Origin: Pseudomonadota bacterium
GTDB lineage: Bacteria; Bdellovibrionota; FAC87; UBA2466
Assembly: GCA_043767805.1 (NCBI GenBank)
Contig: JAYUGC010000077.1
Span: 1 to 33,233 of the forward strand
Direction of reading: 5' to 3'
Length of the DNA: 33,233 bases
Shown here: positions 8,731-17,823 of the stretch, piece after piece
Position numbering within the stretch: position 1 is the stretch's first letter
How the letters are laid out: each line of letters opens with the position of its first letter
Notes under the pieces: generated by a model
Told to the model about the DNA's origin: nothing
The model's database searches: none
The model's input: the letters and a program-made list of their open reading frames with translations, nothing else
Translations under genes and position numbers: made by a program

Positions 8731-10404
8731 CTATTTCCGGTAGAAAATGAAACTGCCCCCGGGCCGAGGTACGTATGAGATGCCCGCATCGAAGTCGTGG
8801 GTGCAAGGCGGAGGCGTGTCGTAGCAGTGCAAGGACTCGAACACGACCTGCCCGGAGGCCGTCGTCCGGCGTTCCGCCATTACGTTCAGATACTCCGGCC
8901 AGTTCGTCCAGCGCAATGGCTCGGAGGCCGTCTTAAGTAGCGTGCGTGGCACCAGGAAAAAAGTCAGCGCGAGCAGGGCATGGGGAAGATACGACCAATT
9001 TTTAGGCATTCTATCGACGGTGGAAAGCCCGATGCCCAAGATCAGAGCGCCGCCGATAAGTAAGTAATGCAGCCCAAAGCGTTCCGCCTGACTGGTGACC
9101 GCCGTCCAGAAAAGCACGCCCGCCACTTGCGCTAGAAGACCAAAAACCAAAACCTTCCAGGCATGAAGCGACGGTTTGCCACGATGCTTGAGCCAGGACA
9201 CGAGAAGCAGCAAAATCCCCGGGACCGCGACCAGAGCCGCCTTCCTGGCGAAGGGAGTCGTCAAAGCCCGGCTCGCCTCTTTCAAGACCACCGCCAAAGG
9301 TTGCTTCAACTTGAAGTAGGCGTAGAGAGCCCCTCCGTTTCTCTCCTGGATCAATTGCCCGAGCGCGGCGACGCGGTCCAGGGAGGACGCCCAAGGGAGC
9401 GACGGAAAACAGGTCGAGGCTTGCGGATACAAAAGACAGCCGGAAGTGGCCAAGGCCCGTACCAGCCAAAGGCAACCGAACGCCGCGAAAAAGAGGATCA
9501 CCGATCGATACCTGAACAGAAAAACTTGGCTCTCTCGCCGGTGAGTCCACCACGAGAAGAGAGCGACGATACCCGCCGCCAGAGCCACGGGAAGGGCGAA
9601 GAGTTTCGCGGTGAGGGCAAAGCACGCGAGCCCGAAAGCGAGTATCGCCCCGAGAGGCAATTTCGTTTCAAAGAAGCGGAGCACGAAGAACCAGGCGTAA
9701 ACGGAAAAAAGCGAGGTGGCGGCATTCGGGCCGATGTTGCCGGTCCAGGCCAGATAGTTGGCGACTAGAAAACAAGCGATGAGCAACGCCAAAGAAAAAT
9801 ACCGTTCGCGCCAGGAGGAAAGCGAGTCCCGCAACGAAAGAAAAAAGCTCTGAAAGAAGAAGGACACCAGGACGGCGTTCAAGGAATAGACCGTGGCCAG
9901 ATCCCCTGCTTTCCAAAAGAGCGCGCCTTCCAAAACGAACCACGACGAGTTGTAGGACAGGTAGGGCGCCAAGTTCGCTAGCCCTAAAGGGATGGGGTAC
10001 AGTCTTGCCCAGTATATCGTCGGTAAGTGATAGAGGCTCGTGTCGAAAATCCCGGCGCTCGCGATCGCTACTAGCGACGCTAACAAGACGAACGCAAAAA
10101 GAACCGCCAAAGCCAGCGCCGAAAAAATCCCAGGCACCGAGTTTCGGTTCCGGAACAGCGCCGCGTATCCTAGACACAAAAGACCGAGGAGCGCGTAGGG
10201 CTCTTTCAAGGGAAGCAAGAGATTCAGAAACGAGGCGAGACCCACCGCCCCCACGATCCCCATCAACCCGAAATGCCCGGCGTTTGGGGGGAGGAGCTGA
10301 GCCATCTCCTCCTGAAGCGAACGGGAGAGAAGTTGGTGCATCCACAGCCCTAACCCAACGAACGCGGGAATCAGTAGGCACTGATTGAGGACGGCTAAAA
10401 GCAC
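8731..10404 (-). CDS. polytopic membrane protein, LIC_10190-like / putative GT-C-fold glycosyltransferase
   Basis: More than 10 hydrophobic segments. Loop motif DTSLYHL..I.W...PIPLGLANL...LSYNSSWF, SGCLLYP, and a C-terminal C...PPPC. Confidence 0.7.
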   Translation of the reverse strand: MLLAVLNQCLLIPAFVGLGLWMHQLLSRSLQEEMAQLLPPNAGHFGLMGIVGAVGLASFLNLLLPLKEPYALLGLLCLGYAALFRNRNSVPGIFSALALAVLFAFVLLASLVAIASAGIFDTSLYHLPTIYWARLYPIPLGLANLAPYLSYNSSWFVLEGALFWKAGDLATVYSLNAVLVSFFFQSFFLSLRDSLSSWRERYFSLALLIACFLVANYLAWTGNIGPNAATSLFSVYAWFFVLRFFETKLPLGAILAFGLACFALTAKLFALPVALAAGIVALFSWWTHRRESQVFLFRYRSVILFFAAFGCLWLVRALATSGCLLYPQASTCFPSLPWASSLDRVAALGQLIQERNGGALYAYFKLKQPLAVVLKEASRALTTPFARKAALVAVPGILLLLVSWLKHRGKPSLHAWKVLVFGLLAQVAGVLFWTAVTSQAERFGLHYLLIGGALILGIGLSTVDRMPKNWSYLPHALLALTFFLVPRTLLKTASEPLRWTNWPEYLNVMAERRTTASGQVVFESLHCYDTPPPCTHDFDAGISYVPRPGGSFIFYRK

Positions 10405-10410
10405 TTGGCC

Positions 10411-10419
10411 ATCATACCA
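10411..10419 (-). promoter_or_regulatory. extended -10 promoter (TGnTATGAT), leaderless configuration
   Basis: Minus strand reads TGGTATGAT-GGCCAA-GTG(10404). No Shine-Dalgarno. Confidence 0.55.
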
Positions 10420-10537
10420 CGAGACTTTCGCCTGCTCAGTGACGGACCCGAGGCGTCATCGCGCGCTATTTTTCAACTTTGCCAGGTTCCCGAACTGAGC
10501 CTAGGGTTAGGTGTGTTCTAGCTCATTGGAGGCAAAG

Positions 10538-11137
10538 ATGACGCGTTTCGTACAAATTCTTCCCCTTCTTTTCTTGGCGCTGGCTTCGGGCCGGAGCGCC
10601 TTGGGAGACTCCGATAAAACCCTGCCGGGATGCCGGGCGGCTAAGGAATTTCTTCCCCTCGCGCGTCTCTACTCCGAAATGCAGGCGGACTCGGACAGCC
10701 ACATCGTCTACAAGGAAATGAAACGCATCCGGCGTCTCGCCTGCTCCGGCGAGTACTCCATGGGCCAGACGATGAGCTACCCCTCCGGCGGAACGGCGAC
10801 TCTCTACGCGGGAAAAGACGGCGCCACCTGGAACTGGGCCAACGGAAAAACCCTTACGCTTTACGCTTACCGAAACGGCGCCACCTGGAATTGGCCGAAC
10901 GGACAGACGATGACTCTCTACGCCTATCGCCTGGACGCGACCTGGTACTGGCCGAATGGACAGCTCCTTACGAGTTACGCCGGCAGAAAAGGCGCCTCGT
11001 ACTACACTCCCGATGGCCGCACCGCCATCTCGAGCGGTCCGCTCATGAAGACCTCGACGGGTGAGCTCGACATGATTGCGTTCGTGGAGCTACTCGAAGA
11101 CCTGAGCGCGGAAATCCAAGACCCGGCGATTCCCTAA
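10538..11137 (+). CDS. secreted hypothetical protein with 19-aa aromatic tandem repeats
   Basis: GGAGG RBS before ATG 10538, a signal peptide, and four 57-nt repeat units. Confidence 0.8.
   Translation: MTRFVQILPLLFLALASGRSALGDSDKTLPGCRAAKEFLPLARLYSEMQADSDSHIVYKEMKRIRRLACSGEYSMGQTMSYPSGGTATLYAGKDGATWNWANGKTLTLYAYRNGATWNWPNGQTMTLYAYRLDATWYWPNGQLLTSYAGRKGASYYTPDGRTAISSGPLMKTSTGELDMIAFVELLEDLSAEIQDPAIP
10778..11005 (+). repeat. 4 x 57-nt coding tandem repeat
   Basis: YPSGGTATLYAGKDGATWN / WANGKTLTLYAYRNGATWN / WPNGQTMTLYAYRLDATWY / WPNGQLLTSYAGRKGASYY. Equivalent codons fall at 10820, 10877, 10934 and 10991. Confidence 0.85.
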
Positions 11138-11445
11138 AACTCGGTCTCGAAGGCGGTTTTCAGCTTCAGGGCTTCGGCTCTCAAAGCCTCGACGACCTCC
11201 GCTATTTCCTGCACCTTCGAGCCGAGGAAATCCGCTCTTTGGTCTTGAGACGCTTCGGCGGTAAGGCCGGAAAACTGGGAAGCGTTGAGCACCAAGTCCC
11301 AGGGCCATCCAAAGCCAGAGAAATGACGTCACATGTGGCTGATTTGTTTTCAGAAGATCCCATTGTCCCTCAGCGCGCCGGGGGAGCCTAGGCAACCTGC
11401 GCAGGAGGTGTGGCAAACTCAATAAAAGAGCCTATTTAGCCGATA

Positions 11446-13767
11446 ATGGAAGGGGAACCCATGACTCAGCCAAACCACCCTACCGCGCCCGACCGACTTT
11501 CCAGAACCTTGGTTCTGGGCGTGACGAGCTTGTGGTTCGTTCTGGTTCTCGCGCTCTATTCGATTGGCTCCTTTCGAGAGGGACAAAAAGACCGGCTCGT
11601 CCGGCCGCTCACTTTCGGCTTTCGTCATTGGCTCGGGCGAGACGCGAAAGTCGATCCTCGCCTGGTCATCTACGCGTTCACCGACAAAACCCTTTCGAGC
11701 TTGGACAGAGACGATCTCACTCTCGATGAGTGGTTGCGCTGGTTGCAGGGACTCAAAGCCTATCAGCCGCGCGCCGTGCTTTTTGACCGCACTTTCGGCA
11801 CGCACCGGGAGATCGATAAAGCCGAAGCGTTCGCGGCCGCCGTGAAAGCGCTTCCCTTCCCCGTGTACGGAGCGGCGTTCGCCGCCGAGCTGGCCATCAA
11901 GGCTCGTCCCCGGCTTCCGACGGATGGACCCGCGTTCGCGTTCGAGCCGAAAGGGAACAAAACGCCCCCCATCCAGACGACTTACCTCTATGGCCCGCAT
12001 CCCCGGCTGGTTCCCGCCTTCGGCGCCATCGGACATATTTTGAATCAGACGTCGCGCTTTCAGCCGCTACTGAGATTCAGCGCCGATAAAGCGATTCCCT
12101 ACGCTCCTTTGCTCCTGGCCAACCACAGACAGCCAGAAGGAGCCAGTCTTCGCGTCGACGGGCATTTCATTCCGGTGGACGCGGATGGACTCGGCGTCTT
12201 GAATTTTCTGCCGCCTTCCACGCTCTACGCGACCTTACGGGATCTTTGGGGTCCTCTGCGAGCGATGCGAGACGGCCATGAAGTCCCGAGAGTTCCCAAG
12301 GACGCCACCATCCTCGTCCTGGGACACATGTACACGGGAGGCACTGACTTCTATGAAAGTCCGTTCGGCCGGATTCCGGGCGGATTTTTCATTGGCTCAA
12401 CGATAAACAGTGTTCTGACCGGACAATGGCTCACACCGGAATCGGGGACTTGGGCTTGGATTCTCATCGCGGCCCTTCTCGGTGGAGCGATGGGCAATCT
12501 CCTTGCCCGAAAGTATCTCTGGCTGGGAATTCCTTCCGGGGCGATGGTGATGGTGCTGGCTGGCCTACTCAGCTTTTCCCATCTCGGCCGGGAAATTCCG
12601 TGGCTCGCAAGTACCGTCACTTTTCTTCTGACCTCGACCAGTCTCTTTCTGGAGCGCACCCGCCGCTCGGAAAAGGCGCTGCGCCGTTTGCGAGATTCCT
12701 TGGAGGGCATTCTGCCGGCGGGACATCTCAAAAACCTCATCGTGAATCCCGCGGCCAAGCTCGAGCCCAAGGGCCGGGTGTTGACCCTCCTTTTCGTCGA
12801 TATCGTCGGCTTTTCGCGCACCGCCGAGGAGGAAACGGCGGAGAAGGCGTTTTTTCAGCTGAAACAATTTTTAGGAAGACTCACCGAAACGGTGCATGCC
12901 CACGGCGGTATCGTCGACAAAACGCTCGGGGATGGGCTTCTAGCTTTCTTTGGCCACACGTTCGGGGGAGAAGGCGCGGCGGCCGACGAGCACGCCGACC
13001 AAGCGCTCCGCTGCGCGATCGCCATCCAGCGGGAGAACGCGAGACTCGCGGCTTCCGGAACTGAGTCCGGCAAAATGGTCTTCCCGCTTCGCATCGGCAT
13101 CAACACGGCCGCGGTCTTTTTGGGTGATCTTGGCAATGACCGGCGCATCGATCTTACCGTCATCGGGCAAGGCGTGAACTTAGCCAAGCGCATGGAGTCC
13201 GCGTGCGAGAGCTGGAAGGTACTCATGGGAAGAAGCACCCGTGATCTGCTTCTCCATGCGGACACCATGGACATCACTTTGAAGGAAAGACTCGTCGGCA
13301 TCAAGCACGCGGCCGAGCCGTGGGTTGCCGTCGAAGCCGATCCTTTCGGCTCTCATCCAGAACGTCTCAAAGCCGCAATCGCCGCTTGCCGATCCTTGTC
13401 CGCCTCCGATCGGGCGACGGAACGATGGACGGTGCCCGCCAACGCCGCGCTCATCGTGAAAACGTCCCTTGGCGAAGGCCGGCTAGAGAACTTTTCGGGT
13501 AAAGGACTGGGAATTGTCCTCGACAAATATCTCGGCCGAGGCGTCGTTCTCACCCTCGATCTCAAGACCCCGGACTCGGCGTGGAACGAGAAACTAATCG
13601 CCATGGGGCTCAGCCCGCTCATCGCGGAAGTTCGCTGGGGATATCCGCTCGACGGAGGCAAAGCGTTTCGCTTGGGCCTGCAGTTCCAAGGTCTCGGCGA
13701 CATTCAAGCCGAGCGCCTGCTTACGCTCCTAAGAGAACGTCTCGGCGTCTCCTCCAAAGCGGCCTAA
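11446..13767 (+). CDS. membrane adenylate cyclase: CHASE2-like sensor, 3 TM, class III cyclase, C-terminal PilZ domain
   Basis: N-terminal TM, extracytoplasmic domain (P.AVLFD...), then 3 TM helices. Cyclase motifs LFVDIVGFS, VDKTLGDG, LRIGINT, DLTVIGQGVNLAKRME. PilZ motifs RATER and NFSGKG...EVRW...LGLQF. Start may be 11461. Confidence 0.88.
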   Translation: MEGEPMTQPNHPTAPDRLSRTLVLGVTSLWFVLVLALYSIGSFREGQKDRLVRPLTFGFRHWLGRDAKVDPRLVIYAFTDKTLSSLDRDDLTLDEWLRWLQGLKAYQPRAVLFDRTFGTHREIDKAEAFAAAVKALPFPVYGAAFAAELAIKARPRLPTDGPAFAFEPKGNKTPPIQTTYLYGPHPRLVPAFGAIGHILNQTSRFQPLLRFSADKAIPYAPLLLANHRQPEGASLRVDGHFIPVDADGLGVLNFLPPSTLYATLRDLWGPLRAMRDGHEVPRVPKDATILVLGHMYTGGTDFYESPFGRIPGGFFIGSTINSVLTGQWLTPESGTWAWILIAALLGGAMGNLLARKYLWLGIPSGAMVMVLAGLLSFSHLGREIPWLASTVTFLLTSTSLFLERTRRSEKALRRLRDSLEGILPAGHLKNLIVNPAAKLEPKGRVLTLLFVDIVGFSRTAEEETAEKAFFQLKQFLGRLTETVHAHGGIVDKTLGDGLLAFFGHTFGGEGAAADEHADQALRCAIAIQRENARLAASGTESGKMVFPLRIGINTAAVFLGDLGNDRRIDLTVIGQGVNLAKRMESACESWKVLMGRSTRDLLLHADTMDITLKERLVGIKHAAEPWVAVEADPFGSHPERLKAAIAACRSLSASDRATERWTVPANAALIVKTSLGEGRLENFSGKGLGIVLDKYLGRGVVLTLDLKTPDSAWNEKLIAMGLSPLIAEVRWGYPLDGGKAFRLGLQFQGLGDIQAERLLTLLRERLGVSSKAA

Positions 13768-13771
13768 GCGC

Positions 13772-14689
13772 CTAATCTGGTAAGTCCCATTCGACTCTGT
13801 CCAAAAGGATGCCTCCTGGGCGCGCCACGCCCGCGTCATCCATGCTCAGACAACGATCCTGATTGATGCGGCTTCCCCTGAACCTGGGCAACAAACCGGG
13901 AATTTGCCGGTGCCACTCTTTAACCAAGGGGTTCGCATCTTTCACCTTGCTCCAGTTGCCCGGCAACTGAACGACGATGGGGAAACCCTGGTTACTGCTG
14001 TTGATGCCCGCGGAGGCTTGCAGACCGTCGCGATCCTTAAATTTGAAGTTTAGATGTACGTACGCCCACGGCGACTGTTGAGTTACCGTCATTACCCCAG
14101 TCTTGTAGTTGAGGCACAGCTTCACCTCGCCGTCGAAACCGTCGCCGAGGATGCTCATCTTATCGACGTGATTGAACCGACCCGCCTGGCCCTGTCCGTC
14201 GTCTCCGTCATCGGTATCCACCGTGATTTGCGACGAGGCCGAGTGGCTCGGGTCCGCCACGAGAGAAGAGCGTAAAATCACGTTCAAGAGCGCCGGAGCC
14301 GAGTCGAAGGAGCAAACGTAGGTCAGCTTGTCGGCGCTCGTATTACAGGAAGATTGAGGGGTTGGCGTGCTAGCGGAAGCGGGCGCCAGCGACCATTGCA
14401 GATCCACTTCAGGGGAGACGCCTTCGGCATCTTGATAACCCGACTCGTTCTGCACCAAGGCATGGCAAGTCATTTGGTTCGAGGTGTAGTCACAGCGGAG
14501 CGACCCTGATTCGATGGAATTGATGAAATTGCGGTTCGTCCCGGAGATGGGAGTAGGAGGATTTTCCACGGGCTCGTCCTGGCCGATGATGGAATCCCCA
14601 CGCGTGCACGAGACGAGCCCCGAAAAGGCGAGTCCAGCCACGAACGCATTGCGAAGCCATTGCCGGCGATAAATCGGGGGCGTCAGCAA
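13772..14689 (-). CDS. hypothetical lipoprotein, possibly Tat-exported
   Basis: AGGAG RBS before TTG. RRQWL followed by a hydrophobic stretch and an LVS-C lipobox. Several paired Cys. Confidence 0.7.
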   Translation of the reverse strand: MLTPPIYRRQWLRNAFVAGLAFSGLVSCTRGDSIIGQDEPVENPPTPISGTNRNFINSIESGSLRCDYTSNQMTCHALVQNESGYQDAEGVSPEVDLQWSLAPASASTPTPQSSCNTSADKLTYVCSFDSAPALLNVILRSSLVADPSHSASSQITVDTDDGDDGQGQAGRFNHVDKMSILGDGFDGEVKLCLNYKTGVMTVTQQSPWAYVHLNFKFKDRDGLQASAGINSSNQGFPIVVQLPGNWSKVKDANPLVKEWHRQIPGLLPRFRGSRINQDRCLSMDDAGVARPGGILLDRVEWDLPD

Positions 14690-14914
14690 GAGTAACTCCT
14701 ATTACAAAGCCAGAACTGTAGGGTGTGGGGGCAGCCGGGTAGTGATTTGAAGTGCGTTTAGTTAGATTAACCGCGCTTTGTGGAGGAATTATGCCTCCCT
14801 TCGCACGAATCGAACCGGCGTTGTTCATTCCTTATACAGCCGGGCCTGGTTTTACGCGTTCAATCGGGATCTTGGGAAAAGACAGTGGCGGCGTGATTCC
14901 GGTGGAACCAAGGC

Positions 14915-15153
14915 GCGTTTCTTTACTGAATCTCCCCGAGCTAAACGCCCAGCGGCGAGAAGCGTTTCTTTCCGCCCTCCAGCTTCCCATGCACAAGCAA
15001 CCCTCCTTGAAACACTTCGATTTCGCCCAGCAAAGCTTTCCCAATGCGGAACGCATCGCCGAGCATGGCCTGCGCCTGCCGGTCTGCCCGACGCTCAAGG
15101 AAGGCGACATCGAGTACGTCGTCACCGCTCTCCGCGCTTTCTTTGGAAACTAA
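14915..15153 (+). pseudogene. C-terminal remnant of a DegT/DnrJ/EryC1/StrS aminotransferase
   Basis: LPMHKQP...FPNAERIAEHGLRLPVCPTLKEGDIEYVVTALRAFF matches the family C-terminus. The PLP-binding core is absent. The left boundary is approximate. Confidence 0.7.
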
Positions 15154-15181
15154 GCCGGAGTTCTGCTATCACCCTTTCACT

Positions 15182-16576
15182 ATGTCGCAAAAATACGATC
15201 TCGGGCTCGTCGGCCTTGGAGTCATGGGCCGAAATTTATTGCTGAATTTAGCGGACCACGGCATCTCGGTCCTGGGCCACGACGCGGACGCCGCGAAGGT
15301 TTCCGCCCTGAGAAAAGAGGGCGCCGGAAAGCCCATTGGGGCCGCCGAATCGCTTGCCGAGTTCGTTAAAGATCTGAAATCCCCCCACACTGTTCTTTTT
15401 CTGGTGCCGGCGGGAGCGCCGGTGGACACCGCCGTCGCGGCCATCCTACCCTACCTCAGCCCGGGAGACCGGCTCATCGATGGCGGCAATTCCCATTTCA
15501 AGGACACCGAGCGACGCGAGAAGGCGCTTGCCGCCAGAGGCTTGTTCTTCATCGGCATGGGGATTTCGGGAGGCGAAGAAGGCGCCCGCCGTGGGCCGAG
15601 CCTGATGCCCGGAGGCGATAGAGAGTCTTTTGAAGCCATCCGGCCGTGGCTCGAAGCCATTGCCGCCAGAGCCGACGGCGTTCCTTGCGTCGGCTTCGTC
15701 GGGCCCAGTTCGGCGGGCCACTACGTGAAGATGGTTCATAACGCCATCGAGTACGGCTGGATGCAGCTTCTCTCCGAAGCGGTCCATCTTCTCCGCCGCG
15801 GGCAAGGCCTTTCCTGGAAAGAGATCGGAAACCATTTGAAGGAGTGGAATGGCGCCGAGCTCAATGCGTTTCTCGTCGAGATCACCGCCGACATTTGCGC
15901 CAAGACGGATGAAGAGACGGGGCGGCCTCTCGTCGAGCTCGTGTCGGACGTCGCCCGGCAAAAAGGCACGGGCAAATGGGCGACGGAAGAAGCCCGTAAC
16001 CTTCAAGTTCCGATCCCCACGATCGAAGCGGCAGTAACCTGGCGCGACCTCTCTCGCTGGAAGGCGGAGCGCGATACGCTTTCCAAGGGCGTGAGCGCAA
16101 TGAAGGGGCAAGTTTCACCCGACGACGTAAGACGAGCTTTGTACGCGTCGATGGTGATCACCCTGTCCCAAGGGCTTCATCTCTTGAGAGTCGCCTCGCA
16201 AAATTACGCCTATCTCCTCGATCTCGAGAAGGTGGCTCTCCTCTGGCGGGCCGGTTGCATTTTACGGGCGGGGCTATTGAAAGAAGTCGCCGCCGCTTAT
16301 CACGAAGAGCCCAAGCTCCCCCACCTTCTCATGGACGGCGCCTTGGGCGCCCGTTTGAAGCACTGTGAGACCTCCCTCAGAACGGTGGCGAAGGCTTCCC
16401 TGGATCTCAGGCTCGCCTCTCCGGCGCTACTCGCCTCCGTCGCTTATTGGGACGCTATGCGAGACACGGATTTGCCGGTGAGTGTGGTGCAGGCCCAGCG
16501 CGACTATTTCGGCGCCCACACTTATGAGCGGCGGGACAAGCCCGGCAGCTTCCACTCCGATTGGAAAACCAAGTAG
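15182..16576 (+). CDS. gndA: NADP-dependent 6-phosphogluconate dehydrogenase (decarboxylating)
   Basis: GLVGLGVMG, IDGGNSHF, GISGGEEGARRGPSLMPGG, GHYVKMVHNAIEYG, QKGTGKW, QAQRDYFGAHTYER. Confidence 0.97.
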   Translation: MSQKYDLGLVGLGVMGRNLLLNLADHGISVLGHDADAAKVSALRKEGAGKPIGAAESLAEFVKDLKSPHTVLFLVPAGAPVDTAVAAILPYLSPGDRLIDGGNSHFKDTERREKALAARGLFFIGMGISGGEEGARRGPSLMPGGDRESFEAIRPWLEAIAARADGVPCVGFVGPSSAGHYVKMVHNAIEYGWMQLLSEAVHLLRRGQGLSWKEIGNHLKEWNGAELNAFLVEITADICAKTDEETGRPLVELVSDVARQKGTGKWATEEARNLQVPIPTIEAAVTWRDLSRWKAERDTLSKGVSAMKGQVSPDDVRRALYASMVITLSQGLHLLRVASQNYAYLLDLEKVALLWRAGCILRAGLLKEVAAAYHEEPKLPHLLMDGALGARLKHCETSLRTVAKASLDLRLASPALLASVAYWDAMRDTDLPVSVVQAQRDYFGAHTYERRDKPGSFHSDWKTK

Positions 16577-17823
16577 TGGCGATTCTCGGCATCGACATAG
16601 GCGGCTCGTTCGTGAAAGCCGCGGTCCTTGGCCGAGGCAAAATCGCGCGAGTGGCTTGCGAGTGCGACGCCTCCTCCGAAGATCGATCCGAATTGCCGCT
16701 CACGCGCGTGTGGCAGGCGCTCATAGCTGCGGTACGCGAAGCCTTGAAAGACATCGACGCCACGACTATCGAGGGCATTGGGCTCAGCTGTCTAACCCCG
16801 GCCCTCGTTCTCGTCGATAAAAGTGGAAAACCTCTAGGACCGGCTTACACTCATTTGGACCGCCGAAGCCGCGCCCTCTCCGAAAAAATCTGGAAGGAAG
16901 TGGGCCCTGAGTTTCATGCCTCTACCGGCAATCTCCCTCTGCCTGGTGGCATGTCGGCGCTTACCTTTGCCAGCTTGGGAGTGAGGGGAGTCGGACGCTA
17001 CTTGCATTTGAACGGCTGGATTGGCGCCGAGCTTACCGGAGAGTATGCCTTCGATCCGGCCAATGCCGCTTTCAGCGGGCTCTATTCGCTTTTTCCCAAA
17101 CAAGAATGGTCGCGGCGCTGGTGTGAGTATTTCGGAGTCGATCCCGCCTGGCTTCCGCCTGTGCAATCGGGAGAAGCCACGCTGGGAACGCTTCTCGCCA
17201 CCCGAGCCAAGGAGCTGGGCCTAAGAGCCGGCCTTCCCGTGAAGCTTGGGACCGCGGATACCTCGAGCGCTTTACTTGCCGTAGGGGCCAAGGCTGGCGA
17301 CTTACTGCATGTCGCGGGCACCACTCAGGTGCTTGCCACTATCGTCGATAAGCCCGTTCCTCACCCTCGGCGACTAGTTCGCCCGCTTGGCGTGGGAAAT
17401 AGCTTCGTCCACGTTACACACAACCCGGTTGGGGGCGCGGCTCTGGAATGGTTACGACGTCTTTGTTTCTCGGAGCTCTCTCCGGAAATTTTCTACGGCG
17501 AGACCGTGGAAAAAGCGCTCTCTCATCCGACCAAGGTCGTTCTCGATCCGTTTTATCTCGGCGGTGACCGTCTTGAAATGCAGGCCAAAACCGCCGCGTT
17601 TCAAAACGTGAGCTTGGGAACCGCCGGCCTGGATCTTCTCTCGGCCCTTCTGCAAGCGATGAAGCAGGGCCACGCCCTCGCCCTGGAGGATCTTGGGGTC
17701 GGCAAGTTCGGCCGGACTTATCTGACGGGGGGCGCGGCTCGCGTTGCGCAGAAAGTCTTGAGTCCCCACGCGGAACGCTTCGAGGAAGGCTCGCTAAACG
17801 GAATCGCTCGCCTATTTACGTAA
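16576..17823 (+). CDS. FGGY-family carbohydrate kinase (gluconokinase/xylulokinase-like)
   Basis: LGIDIGGSFVKA, LVLVDKSGKPL...DRRS, GLPVKLGTADT, AGTT, LTGGAA. The GTG start overlaps the gnd stop (TAGTG). Confidence 0.85.
   Translation: MAILGIDIGGSFVKAAVLGRGKIARVACECDASSEDRSELPLTRVWQALIAAVREALKDIDATTIEGIGLSCLTPALVLVDKSGKPLGPAYTHLDRRSRALSEKIWKEVGPEFHASTGNLPLPGGMSALTFASLGVRGVGRYLHLNGWIGAELTGEYAFDPANAAFSGLYSLFPKQEWSRRWCEYFGVDPAWLPPVQSGEATLGTLLATRAKELGLRAGLPVKLGTADTSSALLAVGAKAGDLLHVAGTTQVLATIVDKPVPHPRRLVRPLGVGNSFVHVTHNPVGGAALEWLRRLCFSELSPEIFYGETVEKALSHPTKVVLDPFYLGGDRLEMQAKTAAFQNVSLGTAGLDLLSALLQAMKQGHALALEDLGVGKFGRTYLTGGAARVAQKVLSPHAERFEEGSLNGIARLFT

Noticed and set aside
10778..11005. 57-nt periodic repeats as a CRISPR array
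   Set aside because: In-frame, degenerate coding repeats with no unique spacers and no cas genes.
11318..11338. TGACGTCACA as a CRP site upstream of the cyclase
   Set aside because: Only one half-site (TCACA). There is no TGTGA at the required 6-nt spacing.
11405..11445. GGCAAAC upstream of the cyclase (and GGCAAA near 1405) as a c-di-GMP-I riboswitch
   Set aside because: Lacks the GNRA-capped stem and the downstream GACGCAAAG element.
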